Assembly (NCBI GenBank): GCA_045106985.1
Contig: JBGCFQ010000011.1
Span: 131,890-195,889 of the forward strand
Direction of reading: 5' to 3'
DNA length: 64,000 bases
Origin: Pseudomonadales bacterium
GTDB taxonomy: Bacteria > Pseudomonadota > Gammaproteobacteria > Pseudomonadales > JAUIET01
Positions within the stretch are counted from its first letter, which is position 1, and each line of letters opens with the position of its first letter. Both the position numbers and the translations under genes were made by a program. Below, one piece after another: positions 26,727-37,071 of the stretch. The notes below the pieces were generated by a model that ran no database searches, was not told the DNA's origin, and saw only the letters and a list, made by a program, of their open reading frames with translations.

Positions 26727-26993
26727 TATCTGCTCTACCCGCCGTGCTCATCTTCGCCATTAACCCTACTGTATTCCCAACAGATTTTAACCGATTTTCT
26801 GCAGCATACGATCGGACACCGGGCTTGTCCATCCAGCTAAAGTTGCCATTGGTTTAGCTGTCTTCCTCCGACAGCAAAGTTTGCTTAGAATGGCCTATAA
26901 CATACGCGGGTAGCTGTCGCGCTCACGGTCAAACAAGTTTCTTGATCCTGATGCCGCAATGCTAACCCATGACGAACCCCCTACGGACCCATT

Positions 26994-27728
26994 ATGAGCT
27001 TTGAATCAATTGCCAGTTGGTTTGCAGAAAATTACAACTGGGCTGCGTCGATCATTTGGCTAATTGTTGCAATAGCGTTAACCAAGATTGGCAAATGGCT
27101 AGCGTTTCGAAATAGCGACGTGCGACGCATGCGTGATTGGAATGACGAAGAAGATAAGCCAAAGATGGCTAATCCTAAATGGAGACCCATCGCAAAGGCA
27201 AACACCAAGGTTGGTAGTGCCGCGCATCTATTTCTTATATTTGTGGCCGCGCCATTAACCTTAACTCTAGCAACTATGCCTGCATGGCGATATCTGCTCG
27301 ATATTGTCGTTCTATTACTGGTTTACGATTTTATCTATTATTTCGCACATCGATTTTGGTTTCATGGCAGCTGGATGCCAATGCGAAAGGCACACGCTTT
27401 GCACCATCAGGCACGTGACCCAAGTTGGTCTGACTCGCTTTTCGTTCATCCTGTTGAAACTGTGATTGGACTTTCAATATTTATGATTTCGCTGTTTATT
27501 GCCAGCGCGATCATGGGTGACATTCACGCCGTCGTGGCGGGAATTGCCTACGTTATCTGGACACAGATAAACACAATCAACCACACAAAATTCAACCTGG
27601 ATAAATTCCCGTTTAAGACCCTAGATTATCTAACCGACAAACATCATATCCACCATATTGACATGCATCACGGTAACTACAGCTCGATAACCCCCCTGTT
27701 TGACTGGATGTTCGGGACCCTTGATTAA
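26994..27728 (+). CDS. fatty-acid hydroxylase/sterol desaturase-family membrane protein
   Basis: 244 aa with several TM helices. His boxes: HRFWFH, HALHHQ, HHIHHIDMHH. Confidence 0.8.
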   Translation: MSFESIASWFAENYNWAASIIWLIVAIALTKIGKWLAFRNSDVRRMRDWNDEEDKPKMANPKWRPIAKANTKVGSAAHLFLIFVAAPLTLTLATMPAWRYLLDIVVLLLVYDFIYYFAHRFWFHGSWMPMRKAHALHHQARDPSWSDSLFVHPVETVIGLSIFMISLFIASAIMGDIHAVVAGIAYVIWTQINTINHTKFNLDKFPFKTLDYLTDKHHIHHIDMHHGNYSSITPLFDWMFGTLD

Positions 27729-27729
27729 C

Positions 27730-28440
27730 ATGTCGCGAGCTATGTGCGTGCGCAAGACTCAGCTACATCTCGCTGCTCGAAACGATAGTATTGATAACCT
27801 ATGTGATGCACTGACGAGTATCGCCAATCAGTTAGCCGAAGAAATAACGCTAGCAAAAGTCACTGTTCTTAGAGCGCACAGTGACGACAAAATGCGTGGT
27901 ACCGGAAACATGCAGCCCCTGGCAGCAGCGTTCGACGCAAGTCTAGAGATACTAAACTCGCCGGCTGACATAGACGCAATTCTGAAAGGCCTTTTTAATG
28001 AAGCGGATCTGGACGAGTACGTTCATCTTGATCTCAGCGCATCGCTGACAGGCGAGAATAAAGTGTTCGTACAATCAAAGCCAACGCCCATCCGCTTTCA
28101 GTACTGCATGCGGCGCAGAGCCGATTTCAGCAGCAAACAATATCTGGAATACTATGAGCAACAGCATGCGAAGTTCGGCATAGGAATGCGCGGCATTGAG
28201 GGCTATGCGCAATTCCATGTTGAACCGTTAAACAGTCAGCTCTTGGCAAGCTCAATAAGTTTTGGGGTTCACAATGTCAGCAGCGTGTCCGAATTACACA
28301 TCGCTGATATGGACACTTTCTTCACCGGTATGGCACAAGGCATAGACGCTGGCAATCCGGGAGAAGACGAAGACCGTTTTGTTGATAGACTGCGTTCGGT
28401 TATGTGGGTGTCTGATGAGATATACCGAGCCGGTTTCTAG
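27730..28440 (+). CDS. hypothetical protein, possibly EthD/Dabb-like
   Basis: The ATG lies 1 nt after the upstream stop codon. The segment FQYCMRRRADFSSKQYLEYYEQQHAKFG...YAQFHVEP resembles EthD domains. This is a weak assignment. Confidence 0.4.
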   Translation: MSRAMCVRKTQLHLAARNDSIDNLCDALTSIANQLAEEITLAKVTVLRAHSDDKMRGTGNMQPLAAAFDASLEILNSPADIDAILKGLFNEADLDEYVHLDLSASLTGENKVFVQSKPTPIRFQYCMRRRADFSSKQYLEYYEQQHAKFGIGMRGIEGYAQFHVEPLNSQLLASSISFGVHNVSSVSELHIADMDTFFTGMAQGIDAGNPGEDEDRFVDRLRSVMWVSDEIYRAGF

Positions 28441-28461
28441 CGCTAGCGCATACACTAACTT

Positions 28462-28764
28462 TCAAACACAGCTTTCAATAAAGTCCGCCAGCTCAAAATC
28501 TTTATGGCTAATGCCATTGGCATCATGTGTTGTTAGCTGAATATCCACTCTGTTGTAGACGTTGAACCATTCGGGGTGGTGGTCTTTCTTTTCCGTATAC
28601 AAAGCGACTGCAGTCATAAAAGCCCACGCTTGATTGAAGTTTTTGAAGCGAAAGGATTTAGCTAACTTACCCGATTGGTCAACAACCCACGCTTTATCGC
28701 AGCTGTTATTCAGCTGCGATAAAGCGGCGCTTAGCTCATCTGGGCTCAACGCTAAGGTAGCCAT
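28462..28764 (-). CDS. phhB: pterin-4a-carbinolamine dehydratase
   Basis: 100 aa. [42 protein letters not shown] is the PCD/DCoH signature. Confidence 0.85.
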   Translation of the reverse strand: MATLALSPDELSAALSQLNNSCDKAWVVDQSGKLAKSFRFKNFNQAWAFMTAVALYTEKKDHHPEWFNVYNRVDIQLTTHDANGISHKDFELADFIESCV

Positions 28765-28778
28765 CTACTGATTCCTCA

Positions 28779-29546
28779 CTATAGTTCCGGCAAGCCGGCC
28801 TGACGCAAACCTGCGGACCAACCACCTTCTGCTTTAAATTCGGCCCCCGTGCTAAAACTCGCCTCATCGGTGGCGAGAAACAAGGTGACGTTGGCTACCT
28901 CATGAGGCAGGCCAACGCGTGGCAATGCTTGATCTTTATAGGTTTCGTTGGCTTGCTCTACGGTCATAAAGTCTTTGCCATGCATATGGGTATAAACGCC
29001 GCCAGGATGCACCGAGTTCACTCGAACGTTGTACTTGCCCATTTCTATAGCGGCTACCTTGGTCATACCTCTTACGGCCCATTTACTGCCAGCGTAAGCA
29101 ATCAAGCCATTCTTAGCCTGCAAACCGTCGATAGAGGAAATATTAATAATCGAACCACCGCCACTGTCCTTCATGCTAGGAAAAACGGCCTGCATTCCAA
29201 GAAAAGGCCCGAGCTGGTTGATGCTAACAATTCGCATGAACTTCTCTTCTGTCATGTCCATGATGTTGTCGGCTTCCATAATCGCCGCATTATTTACTAG
29301 AACCTGTAACTTTCCGAGATCATTAGCTGCGTCTACTACTGCTTTCCAATTCTCTGAATCGCGAACATCCAGCTTCTTAAACACAACTCCGTCGCCAAGC
29401 TCGGCCGCCAGCGCTTCGCCCTCTTCTACCAGAACGTCTGCAATCACTACTTTTGCGCCATTATCCACAAAGGCGCGAACCGTCGCTTCGCCCATTCCTC
29501 GTGAACCACCCGTTACAATTGCGGTTTTTCCTGCCAATCTGGTCAT
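28779..29546 (-). CDS. SDR oxidoreductase, 3-alpha(or 20-beta)-hydroxysteroid dehydrogenase-like
   Basis: 255 aa. LAGKTAIVTGGSRGMGEATVRAFVDNGAKVVIADVLVEEGEALAAELG..., plus YAGSK. It resembles the Streptomyces/Mycobacterium 3alpha,20beta-HSD type, judged from memory. Confidence 0.75.
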   Translation of the reverse strand: MTRLAGKTAIVTGGSRGMGEATVRAFVDNGAKVVIADVLVEEGEALAAELGDGVVFKKLDVRDSENWKAVVDAANDLGKLQVLVNNAAIMEADNIMDMTEEKFMRIVSINQLGPFLGMQAVFPSMKDSGGGSIINISSIDGLQAKNGLIAYAGSKWAVRGMTKVAAIEMGKYNVRVNSVHPGGVYTHMHGKDFMTVEQANETYKDQALPRVGLPHEVANVTLFLATDEASFSTGAEFKAEGGWSAGLRQAGLPEL

Positions 29547-29720
29547 CTGCTACTCATTCTTGAAAACTAAGGTCTCAGTATTTTAACTGAGATCGAAGGC
29601 CCGCCCTAGTTATTAACGCTTTGCTAATAGTTCTGCGTGCAAAATTTTCAATGCCGCTGAGCATGAACCCGTAATCTGGCATAAAATAGCCCGGTCTACA
29701 AAAAATGCGAGAAATTATTT

Positions 29721-30860
29721 ATGCTCAGAGCTCTGAAGCGCTTCGGCTTAGGCTTACTTATCCTAATTGCCATAATCGCTATTCTGCTAGTGATCAATCC
29801 CCAGTTTGCGCCGTCTCATGACAGCCCTTACTTGAATTTGGTCAACGAGAAAACTGGCGGCGCGCCCTCTGAGGAAGATCTTCTCCAGCGCGTAATTCTG
29901 TATGGTGACGCAGGCTCGTCAAGCCTCGAGCCCTGGCAGGCAAGCCTGGCAAAAATAGCGGCGAGAGCCTCGATTTCGCCTGACAAAACAGCCGTGGTCG
30001 CTCTCGGCGACAACATCTACTACAAGGGATATCCGAACAAAGAGGAAGATCAAGATGAATGGAAAGAGGGCCAGTTAGAAGATATCTCTCATCTTGATGC
30101 GCAGCTGAAAATGGCAGATGTAAGTCAGGCGCGCTTCTACTTTGTGCCGGGCAACCACGATTGGTACGCTGGCGCATTGGATGACATACGCGAACACGTG
30201 AGCAAGTACGCCAATGAGAAAGATGTGTCAGCCGAGTTCAGGCCCCTACCCTCAAACATTTTGGGCGCAGTCGACGCGATTAACTTACCCGGTGTTAGCC
30301 TGGTGTTTGTTGACTCTTCAGCATTACTGACGACTAATGACGAAGAACTAAGCGATGCCATGAAAACAATGACCGCCGCGTTTGACAGTATTCGCAGTAC
30401 TTACCCGGAAAACCTGATTGTCGTAAATCAACATCACCCACTTGAAACAATGGGTCAGCACGCCGGCTACATGACACACTTTGCCTATTGGCTAATTATT
30501 AACGGGCTTGATCTATTCACAGATGTTGCCGCCGAGGACACCTACCACCCCAACTACCAGCGGATTATTCAAGCATTGGATAGCACCATAGCTCCATACC
30601 AGAACGTTATTCACGCCGCTGGCCACGATCACAGCTTGCAAGTATTCAGGCGACCGCACAGTCATGGCCCTGAATACACAATAGTTAGCGGTGCAGGGAA
30701 CACTAGCAAACTGAGCGGTGTAGGCGATTCTGAAAATTCTCGATTCGCATTATCACAAGAAGGATTTGTAGAATTAAACGTAACGTCTAACGGTACCTAC
30801 TTACAGGTGTTTGACATAAATCATGACGAAGCGCAGGCCGGCTTCTGGCTAGCCTTCTAG
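29721..30860 (+). CDS. membrane-anchored metallophosphoesterase
   Basis: 379 aa with an N-terminal TM helix. Motifs: GDAGSS, GDNIY, GNHDW, GHDH. Confidence 0.75.
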   Translation: MLRALKRFGLGLLILIAIIAILLVINPQFAPSHDSPYLNLVNEKTGGAPSEEDLLQRVILYGDAGSSSLEPWQASLAKIAARASISPDKTAVVALGDNIYYKGYPNKEEDQDEWKEGQLEDISHLDAQLKMADVSQARFYFVPGNHDWYAGALDDIREHVSKYANEKDVSAEFRPLPSNILGAVDAINLPGVSLVFVDSSALLTTNDEELSDAMKTMTAAFDSIRSTYPENLIVVNQHHPLETMGQHAGYMTHFAYWLIINGLDLFTDVAAEDTYHPNYQRIIQALDSTIAPYQNVIHAAGHDHSLQVFRRPHSHGPEYTIVSGAGNTSKLSGVGDSENSRFALSQEGFVELNVTSNGTYLQVFDINHDEAQAGFWLAF

Positions 30861-30891
30861 CTAGGTGCTGCTTTAACAGAATTAGGCGGCT

Positions 30892-31689
30892 TCACATTTC
30901 GTGACCGTCCATGCTGGCAGCCCCCGTGTTGAGTTCAGCACTTTTACCGCCGTCAACCACAAGTTCTGTGCCGGTAATGTAAGAAGCTTCATCCGACGCT
31001 AGAAAAAGAATAGCGTTGGCAATCTCTGACGCCTCCGCGATGCGTTTTATGGGCACAGTAGCGGCTGTAAAGGCTAGGCTAGCTTCATCAGGAATGGCCA
31101 CCTGAGTAGCCGGCGTCATGACAACCCCCGGTATCACAACATTTACTCTCACATTACTTGACGCACCTTCTATAGCAGCAGTGCGCGAAAGACCGATCAC
31201 TCCTGCCTTGGCAGCCGCATAGGCCCCTGTGTATGGAGTGCCAAGTAGACCACACACTGATGACAAATTAACGATTGCACCGCCACCCTGCGCTGACATT
31301 AGTTTCATTGCGGCGCGTGTGCCATAAAACAGACCGTCCAAGGTCACACTGAAAGTCCCGCGCCACTCATCGGTAGGCGTGTCGCTGATTAAGCTACCTC
31401 CGGCTATTGATGCCGCATTGTTCACTAGAATATCAAGCCGACCACAATCTGCGACAACAGACTGGATCAATTCAGCAAAAGCAAATTCATCACCAGCATC
31501 CGATACGTATGTCTGAACGCGACCGCCCGAATCTGCGATTAGCGTCGCTACCTCATTGAGAGGTTGCTCACGTCGACCAGAGATACACACCAATGCACCC
31601 TCTTGCGCAAAACGTAATGCCGTGGCGGCACCAATACCGGATCCACCTCCAGTGATAAGCGCAACTTTGTTTTCTAGACGTTCACCCAT
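30892..31689 (-). CDS. SDR-family oxidoreductase
   Basis: Trimmed to the ATG at 31689, which has AAGGAG upstream. Motifs: ITGGGSGIGAA, NNAA, YAAAK. Confidence 0.85.
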   Translation of the reverse strand: MGERLENKVALITGGGSGIGAATALRFAQEGALVCISGRREQPLNEVATLIADSGGRVQTYVSDAGDEFAFAELIQSVVADCGRLDILVNNAASIAGGSLISDTPTDEWRGTFSVTLDGLFYGTRAAMKLMSAQGGGAIVNLSSVCGLLGTPYTGAYAAAKAGVIGLSRTAAIEGASSNVRVNVVIPGVVMTPATQVAIPDEASLAFTAATVPIKRIAEASEIANAILFLASDEASYITGTELVVDGGKSAELNTGAASMDGHEM

Positions 31690-31805
31690 TTTTTTATTCT
31701 CCTTAGAGTTTCGTAATTTCAATTTATGCCGCGGCTTTCAATGTAAAATTCTTGCTAACCTACAGCCAAGCCGCGGCTCACCTCTTAACTTTCGCAGTAA
31801 CACCT

Positions 31806-32663
31806 ATGCTTCTCCCCGACATTCTAGAATCATTCACACTTGAGCGCACCTTCGAGTCGGAATCCCAGGCCATTTTTGCAGGCCTAGCAGCCGACAGCAC
31901 TGGAGAGCGGGTGTATGGCGGGCAGCTAATGGCGCAAGCTCTGAGCGCCGTGCAGCAAACAGTGGACTCACGCTTTGTCGTGCATTCGATGCAATCCAAC
32001 TTCTATAGGCCATGTTTCCCTGACGCCACTGTAGAATACAGCGTTGATATTCTGCGTACAGGAAGATCATTCGCTACCCGATCAGTACTATTGAAGCAAA
32101 ATGATAAACCTATTTTTAACGCGACATTCTCGCTGCATACCGAAGAACAAGGGTTCGAGCATTCCACTGATATGCCCGCAGCTCCAGATCCCAACACACT
32201 CATAAATGATGAAATTCGCGTAAACGCGCACTTTGAAAAGCAAGGTATAAAACACTCCTACGCTTGGCCAATTGATGTACGCTTTGTTGAACCAGCTGAA
32301 CTTGAATCTCCGGAGGTGAAGCCACCATACGATTTAGTCTGGGTAAAGGCCAATGGCCCGCTACCGAATGAAGCGACTATTCATACTCAAATGCTCGCCT
32401 ATGCATCTGACAACCCAATTAGCAGCCCTGCATTCAACATTCATGGCGAGAACCCTTTTGTTCCAGGAGTGCAAAGCGTTACCTTGAGTCACGCCCTATG
32501 GTTTCACCGCCCTGTACGAATGGACGAATGGGTGTTGTTTGAATTGAATAGTGATATCACGTACGGTGGACGTGGCTTGTGTCATGCCCGCGTCTTCGCT
32601 CAAAGTGGTGAATTAGTAGCAAGTGCAGTGCAAGAAATAGTTATGCGGAAGCGACGAGCCTAG
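31806..32663 (+). CDS. tesB: acyl-CoA thioesterase II
   Basis: Trimmed to MLLPDILESFTLERT.... Double-hotdog TesB pattern: VYGGQLMAQAL, RTGRSFATR, ...LWFHRP. Confidence 0.8.
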   Translation: MLLPDILESFTLERTFESESQAIFAGLAADSTGERVYGGQLMAQALSAVQQTVDSRFVVHSMQSNFYRPCFPDATVEYSVDILRTGRSFATRSVLLKQNDKPIFNATFSLHTEEQGFEHSTDMPAAPDPNTLINDEIRVNAHFEKQGIKHSYAWPIDVRFVEPAELESPEVKPPYDLVWVKANGPLPNEATIHTQMLAYASDNPISSPAFNIHGENPFVPGVQSVTLSHALWFHRPVRMDEWVLFELNSDITYGGRGLCHARVFAQSGELVASAVQEIVMRKRRA

Positions 32664-32761
32664 AGCACAGAAAGTAGATAGAAAGTGCATTGGATGTGTA
32701 TTATTAACTCCCTTGCGGTGCTCTAACGTCAGTCCTGATTTGTTCAAAGAGGAATACGCTC

Positions 32762-33235
32762 ATGATTCCAATCACAAAACGCCCCTTAGACTTAGCGTTG
32801 ATTGCGTTCTTTTCTATATCGGTATGCTACGGCTTACTATTCAGTTTGCCGGAAGGTTTGGGTGTCCCTGTGTCCGCCGACAGTCCTTGGCCTCCATTGC
32901 AGGCGCTGCATAGTTGGGCGGTAGCCGAGGAGCCTGCTCATTTAGACCCGCCACCCAATCTAATCGCCGCCACTTTGTTTGACGGGCTTTTCCAATCGCC
33001 AGCTCTACTGTTTGTGATGTTCGGGTTAATCAAACAGCGGGCCTGGTTGCGACCTCTCGGTCTGTTCTATGCCGGTGCAGCAATAACCAATATGTTTTTC
33101 TATTTCGTGCAGACCTTTCTTGGGCCGCATCCTCCACCCAATACTTTTTACTATCTATTGTTTAATTTACCTTGGCTAATTGCGCCGATGGCTCTCGGTG
33201 TACGCGTGCTGGTGTCAAAAGATCTTGTGACTTAA
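32762..33235 (+). CDS. EXPERA-domain (TMEM97/sigma-2 receptor/EBP-like, DUF2781) membrane protein
   Basis: 157 aa with 4 predicted TM helices. By eye it aligns to human TMEM97: DPPPNLIAATLFDGLFQSPALLF against [21 protein letters not shown], and LIKQRAWLRPLGLFYAGAAITNM against LKGSCKWIRTPAIIYSVHTMTT. Confidence 0.55.
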   Translation: MIPITKRPLDLALIAFFSISVCYGLLFSLPEGLGVPVSADSPWPPLQALHSWAVAEEPAHLDPPPNLIAATLFDGLFQSPALLFVMFGLIKQRAWLRPLGLFYAGAAITNMFFYFVQTFLGPHPPPNTFYYLLFNLPWLIAPMALGVRVLVSKDLVT

Positions 33236-33628
33236 GGCCCTGCGGGTCTCTTACCACACCTTCACACGATCCTCAGGCCTCAGATATGCTTCGAAGGCAA
33301 CGCTCTTTCTGTTTTTCCAAACCTTGTAAATTGCAGCCGTATAAGTCGAATCGCTTACTAGCGAAGCGCTTCGTCAGATAGAGCGACGAGTCCGGAATTA
33401 CGCGCAAGCTAAAATAGTCCTTCGAAGTATCCAGCGGCGTCTCATCAATAACGCCTTGAGATCTCTTTCAGCTCGCTCTGTAAGCAAAACGAAAGTGCCA
33501 TACTCTGACGGAATTTCAGTTTGCTTAAGCCAAGCGCCGTTAGTATCGGAATGGAAATCATCTTGATACTGATCAACAATGATTGTACTGACATAACCAA
33601 TTATCTATCATCGCAGGCAATCGACCAA

Positions 33629-34339
33629 ATGGTGAAAAATATGCGCAGCAATAACTACCCTATTCTTTTCGCGGCCCTGCTGGCCATTAGCTTCGCGCTG
33701 CAAGGCTGCGCGGAGAAAGAAAGTGAAGTGTCGGTTTCAGTGGCCGTCGCAGAACCAAAGAAGTTTGATATAGCTGCGCTAGATGGCCTTGGTGTGAATG
33801 AAAATGGCAAGGGCATGAGCGTTGGCGAACATCCAGTCGACATTACGATTAAGGACATGCAAGGTAAGGACTTTGCTGTAAGCAGCGCCTGGGCAGAGCA
33901 ACCAGCACTCATCGTGTTTTATCGCGGCGGGTGGTGTCCGTATTGCAATGGCCAAGTTAGAGAGCTAACTGAGAGCTACTCAAAATTTGAAGCGGCGGGC
34001 ATTCAACCAGTATTGATCAGTGTTGATACACCCGACAAATCTGCAATGGTCCAGGCCAAGTACGACATTCCCTTCCCTGTGTTGAGCGACCCTGGTTTAA
34101 AAGCACACAAGGCATTCAATGTAGTTCTTGAATTAGACTCTAAAACACAAGCTCAATACCAGGAATACGGCATAGACCTACAAAAGTGGAGCGGCGAACA
34201 GCACGCTTCTATCGCAGTAGCTTCAGCGTTCATCGTGGATATGAGAGGCCACGTGGTTTTCTCGCACGCACCAGCCGATTTTAAAACCAGACCCAGCGCT
34301 GAACAGCTGCTTGGCCTGATTCAAAATCTGGAAATATAG
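33629..34339 (+). CDS. redoxin/AhpC-TSA-family thiol peroxidase-like lipoprotein
   Basis: Start is the ATG at 33629 or 33641. Lipobox FALQGC; thioredoxin-fold motif YRGGWCPYCNGQ. Confidence 0.75.
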   Translation: MVKNMRSNNYPILFAALLAISFALQGCAEKESEVSVSVAVAEPKKFDIAALDGLGVNENGKGMSVGEHPVDITIKDMQGKDFAVSSAWAEQPALIVFYRGGWCPYCNGQVRELTESYSKFEAAGIQPVLISVDTPDKSAMVQAKYDIPFPVLSDPGLKAHKAFNVVLELDSKTQAQYQEYGIDLQKWSGEQHASIAVASAFIVDMRGHVVFSHAPADFKTRPSAEQLLGLIQNLEI

Positions 34340-34366
34340 CGTTTTTGCGTTAGGGAAGATAAGGCT

Positions 34367-35326
34367 ATGGCCACAACATTTAAAAAAGGCCTGCAGGATT
34401 TGGGCAACGGCATTTATGCCTATTTGCAACCTGATGGTTCCTGGGGCTGGAGCAACGCCGGCCTCGTTGTTGATGGGGATCAATCTCTATTAGTGGATAC
34501 TTTATTTGACGAGAAGCTTACGGCTGAAATGCTTAGCACCATGACCGATATTGCCGGGCCTAAGGCTGAGTGCATTAATTGGTTGGTAAACACGCACGCT
34601 AATGGTGATCACTGCCATGGCAATCATTTAGTGAGTAACGCCGAAATTATCGCTTCTTCTACAGCAGCGCGTGAGATGGATGATTTGACGCCAGAAATGA
34701 TGGCTGAGCTAATGCGAGCTGCTTCGGGACTTGGGGACCTGGGTGAATACTTAATTCACTGTTTTGGCGCATTCGACTTTGAACAAATCACTCATACTCC
34801 ACCAACTCAAACTTTCGACGGCGAAAAAACCCTCAAGGTGGGTGATAAAACAGTGCAACTGATCGAAGTGGGGCCTGCGCATACAGGCGGAGACGTTCTC
34901 GCTTGGGTGCCAGATGACAGGACGGTGTTTACAGGCGACATTTTGTTTATCGACGGCACACCGATTATTTGGGCCGGACCAGTTAGCAACTGGATTGCGG
35001 CTTGCGATAGAATTTTGCAGATGGACGCTGAACATATTGTCCCAGGTCATGGACCAATCACCGACAAAAAAGGTGTTCAAGCGGTAGCAAGCTACCTCCA
35101 GCACATTGAACAGCAAGCAAGAATTCGTTTTGACGGCGGCATGGCACTAGCAGAAGCCGTGCACGACATCCCTCTAAATGAATTCGCGGACTGGCTAGAC
35201 CCCGAGCGAATTGCGATTAATGTAGCGACCTTATATCGTGAATTCTCAGGCGAAAAATCACAGGGCGATCCGATTCAGACGCTCACTCTTGCCGCCGAAG
35301 TGTGGAAACGCAGCCTTAAAAAGTAA
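34367..35326 (+). CDS. MBL-fold metallo-hydrolase
   Basis: 319 aa. NTHANGDHCHGN supplies the HxHxDH-type motif, with a later PGHG. Confidence 0.75.
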   Translation: MATTFKKGLQDLGNGIYAYLQPDGSWGWSNAGLVVDGDQSLLVDTLFDEKLTAEMLSTMTDIAGPKAECINWLVNTHANGDHCHGNHLVSNAEIIASSTAAREMDDLTPEMMAELMRAASGLGDLGEYLIHCFGAFDFEQITHTPPTQTFDGEKTLKVGDKTVQLIEVGPAHTGGDVLAWVPDDRTVFTGDILFIDGTPIIWAGPVSNWIAACDRILQMDAEHIVPGHGPITDKKGVQAVASYLQHIEQQARIRFDGGMALAEAVHDIPLNEFADWLDPERIAINVATLYREFSGEKSQGDPIQTLTLAAEVWKRSLKK

Positions 35327-35353
35327 GCCGCGAAAAGTAGTTGAAGGCCCAAA

Positions 35354-35728
35354 CTAGCTTTCGGTCTTGGCTACGAAATTCATCGAAACGGAATTAACGC
35401 AGTGACGGATGTTATTGTCGGTCAGACGCTCGCCTTCAAACACATGACCCAAGTGGCCATCACAGGCCGCGCATAGTATCTCGACCCGACGACCATCAGC
35501 ATCGGCATCACGTTTTATAGCGCCGGGAATTTCGTCGTCAAAACTTGGCCAACCGCAGTGCGAAGGAAATTTATGTTCCGACTTGTACAGTGGCGCATCG
35601 CATTGCTTACAGATGTAATGGCCATCAGCAAAGAAGTCATCGTACTTACCGGTGAAGGGTCGCTCTGTCCCTTTATCGAGAATAATGTACTTCTCTTCGG
35701 CGCTTAGGTCATTGCGTGTTTCAGGCAT
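35354..35728 (-). CDS. msrB: peptide-methionine (R)-S-oxide reductase
   Basis: 124 aa. Two CxxC zinc motifs, GWPSF and RHCVNS. Confidence 0.9.
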   Translation of the reverse strand: MPETRNDLSAEEKYIILDKGTERPFTGKYDDFFADGHYICKQCDAPLYKSEHKFPSHCGWPSFDDEIPGAIKRDADADGRRVEILCAACDGHLGHVFEGERLTDNNIRHCVNSVSMNFVAKTES

Positions 35729-35841
35729 TGTGAATACTCATTGGAATGGTGTGTTAATAAGGTTGAGCATAATGTATCGAGGATACTTTGAGCAACCGCT
35801 TCTGCACTAGTGAATTTACAGGTTGAATTGTGGTTTGCTGC

Positions 35842-37071
35842 TTAAGTAGGCGCCAGTATGTTCTGGCCGCCCCTTCCGAGAAAGCACCAAGCCAAGGCAA
35901 ATACAGCGGCCAGCAGAACATAGCTGCCAACAATCAAGACAGAATTAGGAGGAGCCAGATAGGCAAGATAAGCGATCAATATCAATATCCCCAGGCGCCG
36001 AGCCCATGCTGTAAAAGCTGGCTCTTTGCGCTCTCCCGCTTCAAGAACACAGCTCGCATCCAACAACACTAAAACGATGAAGACTAAACCTGCAAACCGG
36101 TCCATCCAGGTCGCTGTTAAAAAGGCGAAAATATAATAACTGCCCCACACATACATTGCTGCAAGCGCCGCTAAAGAATACTGTTTAGCAAAACCAGTGC
36201 ATTGGGGGTCATACTTAGCCGGTGTTTCAGGCAGGTCTATCGCTGGTAAGTCATCAGGCCGCCACCCGGTTCTAGCCGTCAATACACTCAGTTTGCGTGC
36301 CACTCCTTTTGTGGCGAACATGTCCTGCAACATGCCCTGAAAAATATGCAGGTTCGCGCGTAGCGGATTCCAACTGTGCAGTGGTTTGCGAATGCCGAAC
36401 TCAACAGGCAGTTCTTTGCGCTCATCTTCAAAGGTACCGAACCATTTATCCCACAAGATAAAAACACCACCATAATTGCGATCAAGATAAGTAACATTAC
36501 GCGCATGGTGTACGCGGTGGTTCGACGGGCTAACGAACACGTGATCAAACCAACCCAGCCTATCTATGTGGCGCGTGTGCACCCAGAACTGATACAGCAA
36601 ATTAACTGACGCAACAGTAAAAAACATCTCGCCGGGTACACCCATTAGAAAACAAGGAATAAAGAACAGCCAGGAGTAGAAGAACGACATACTGGTTTGT
36701 CGCAGTGCGGTGGTCAGGTTGAACTCTTCGCTCTGATGGTGAGCTACGTGTGCTCCCCAGAACAACTGTCGCTCATGACTTAGGCGATGGAACCAGTAGT
36801 AAAGGAAATCGTACGCTATAAAGGTAACGACCCAGGCCAATGGGTCGGCCACCGATATCGTGAGCAGTCCGTAGCGGTCGCCAATGGTTAGAAGCACTAA
36901 GGCGCCCAGGTCGAAAATAACCAATTTGGACCCGGTACTTAAAATCCCCAGGCTCAGGCTACTGACACTGTCATTCAGACGATAATATCCAGTACCCTGT
37001 CTGCGGTCCCACCAAAGTTCCAGAAAAATAAACAGCGCAAAGAACGGTCCAGCGTAAGCAATTAAGCTCAT
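35842..37071 (-). CDS. fatty-acid-hydroxylase-superfamily membrane protein, alkylglycerol monooxygenase (AGMO/TMEM195)-like, with an extra C-terminal 4-TM region
   Basis: 409 aa. FHRLSHERQLFWGAHVAHHQSEEFNLTTALRQ resembles the AGMO-subfamily HHSSE-YNLSTALRQ motif, and HRVHH follows later. Its start overlaps the upstream stop (ATGA, 37068-37071). Confidence 0.65.
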   Translation of the reverse strand: MSLIAYAGPFFALFIFLELWWDRRQGTGYYRLNDSVSSLSLGILSTGSKLVIFDLGALVLLTIGDRYGLLTISVADPLAWVVTFIAYDFLYYWFHRLSHERQLFWGAHVAHHQSEEFNLTTALRQTSMSFFYSWLFFIPCFLMGVPGEMFFTVASVNLLYQFWVHTRHIDRLGWFDHVFVSPSNHRVHHARNVTYLDRNYGGVFILWDKWFGTFEDERKELPVEFGIRKPLHSWNPLRANLHIFQGMLQDMFATKGVARKLSVLTARTGWRPDDLPAIDLPETPAKYDPQCTGFAKQYSLAALAAMYVWGSYYIFAFLTATWMDRFAGLVFIVLVLLDASCVLEAGERKEPAFTAWARRLGILILIAYLAYLAPPNSVLIVGSYVLLAAVFALAWCFLGRGGQNILAPT

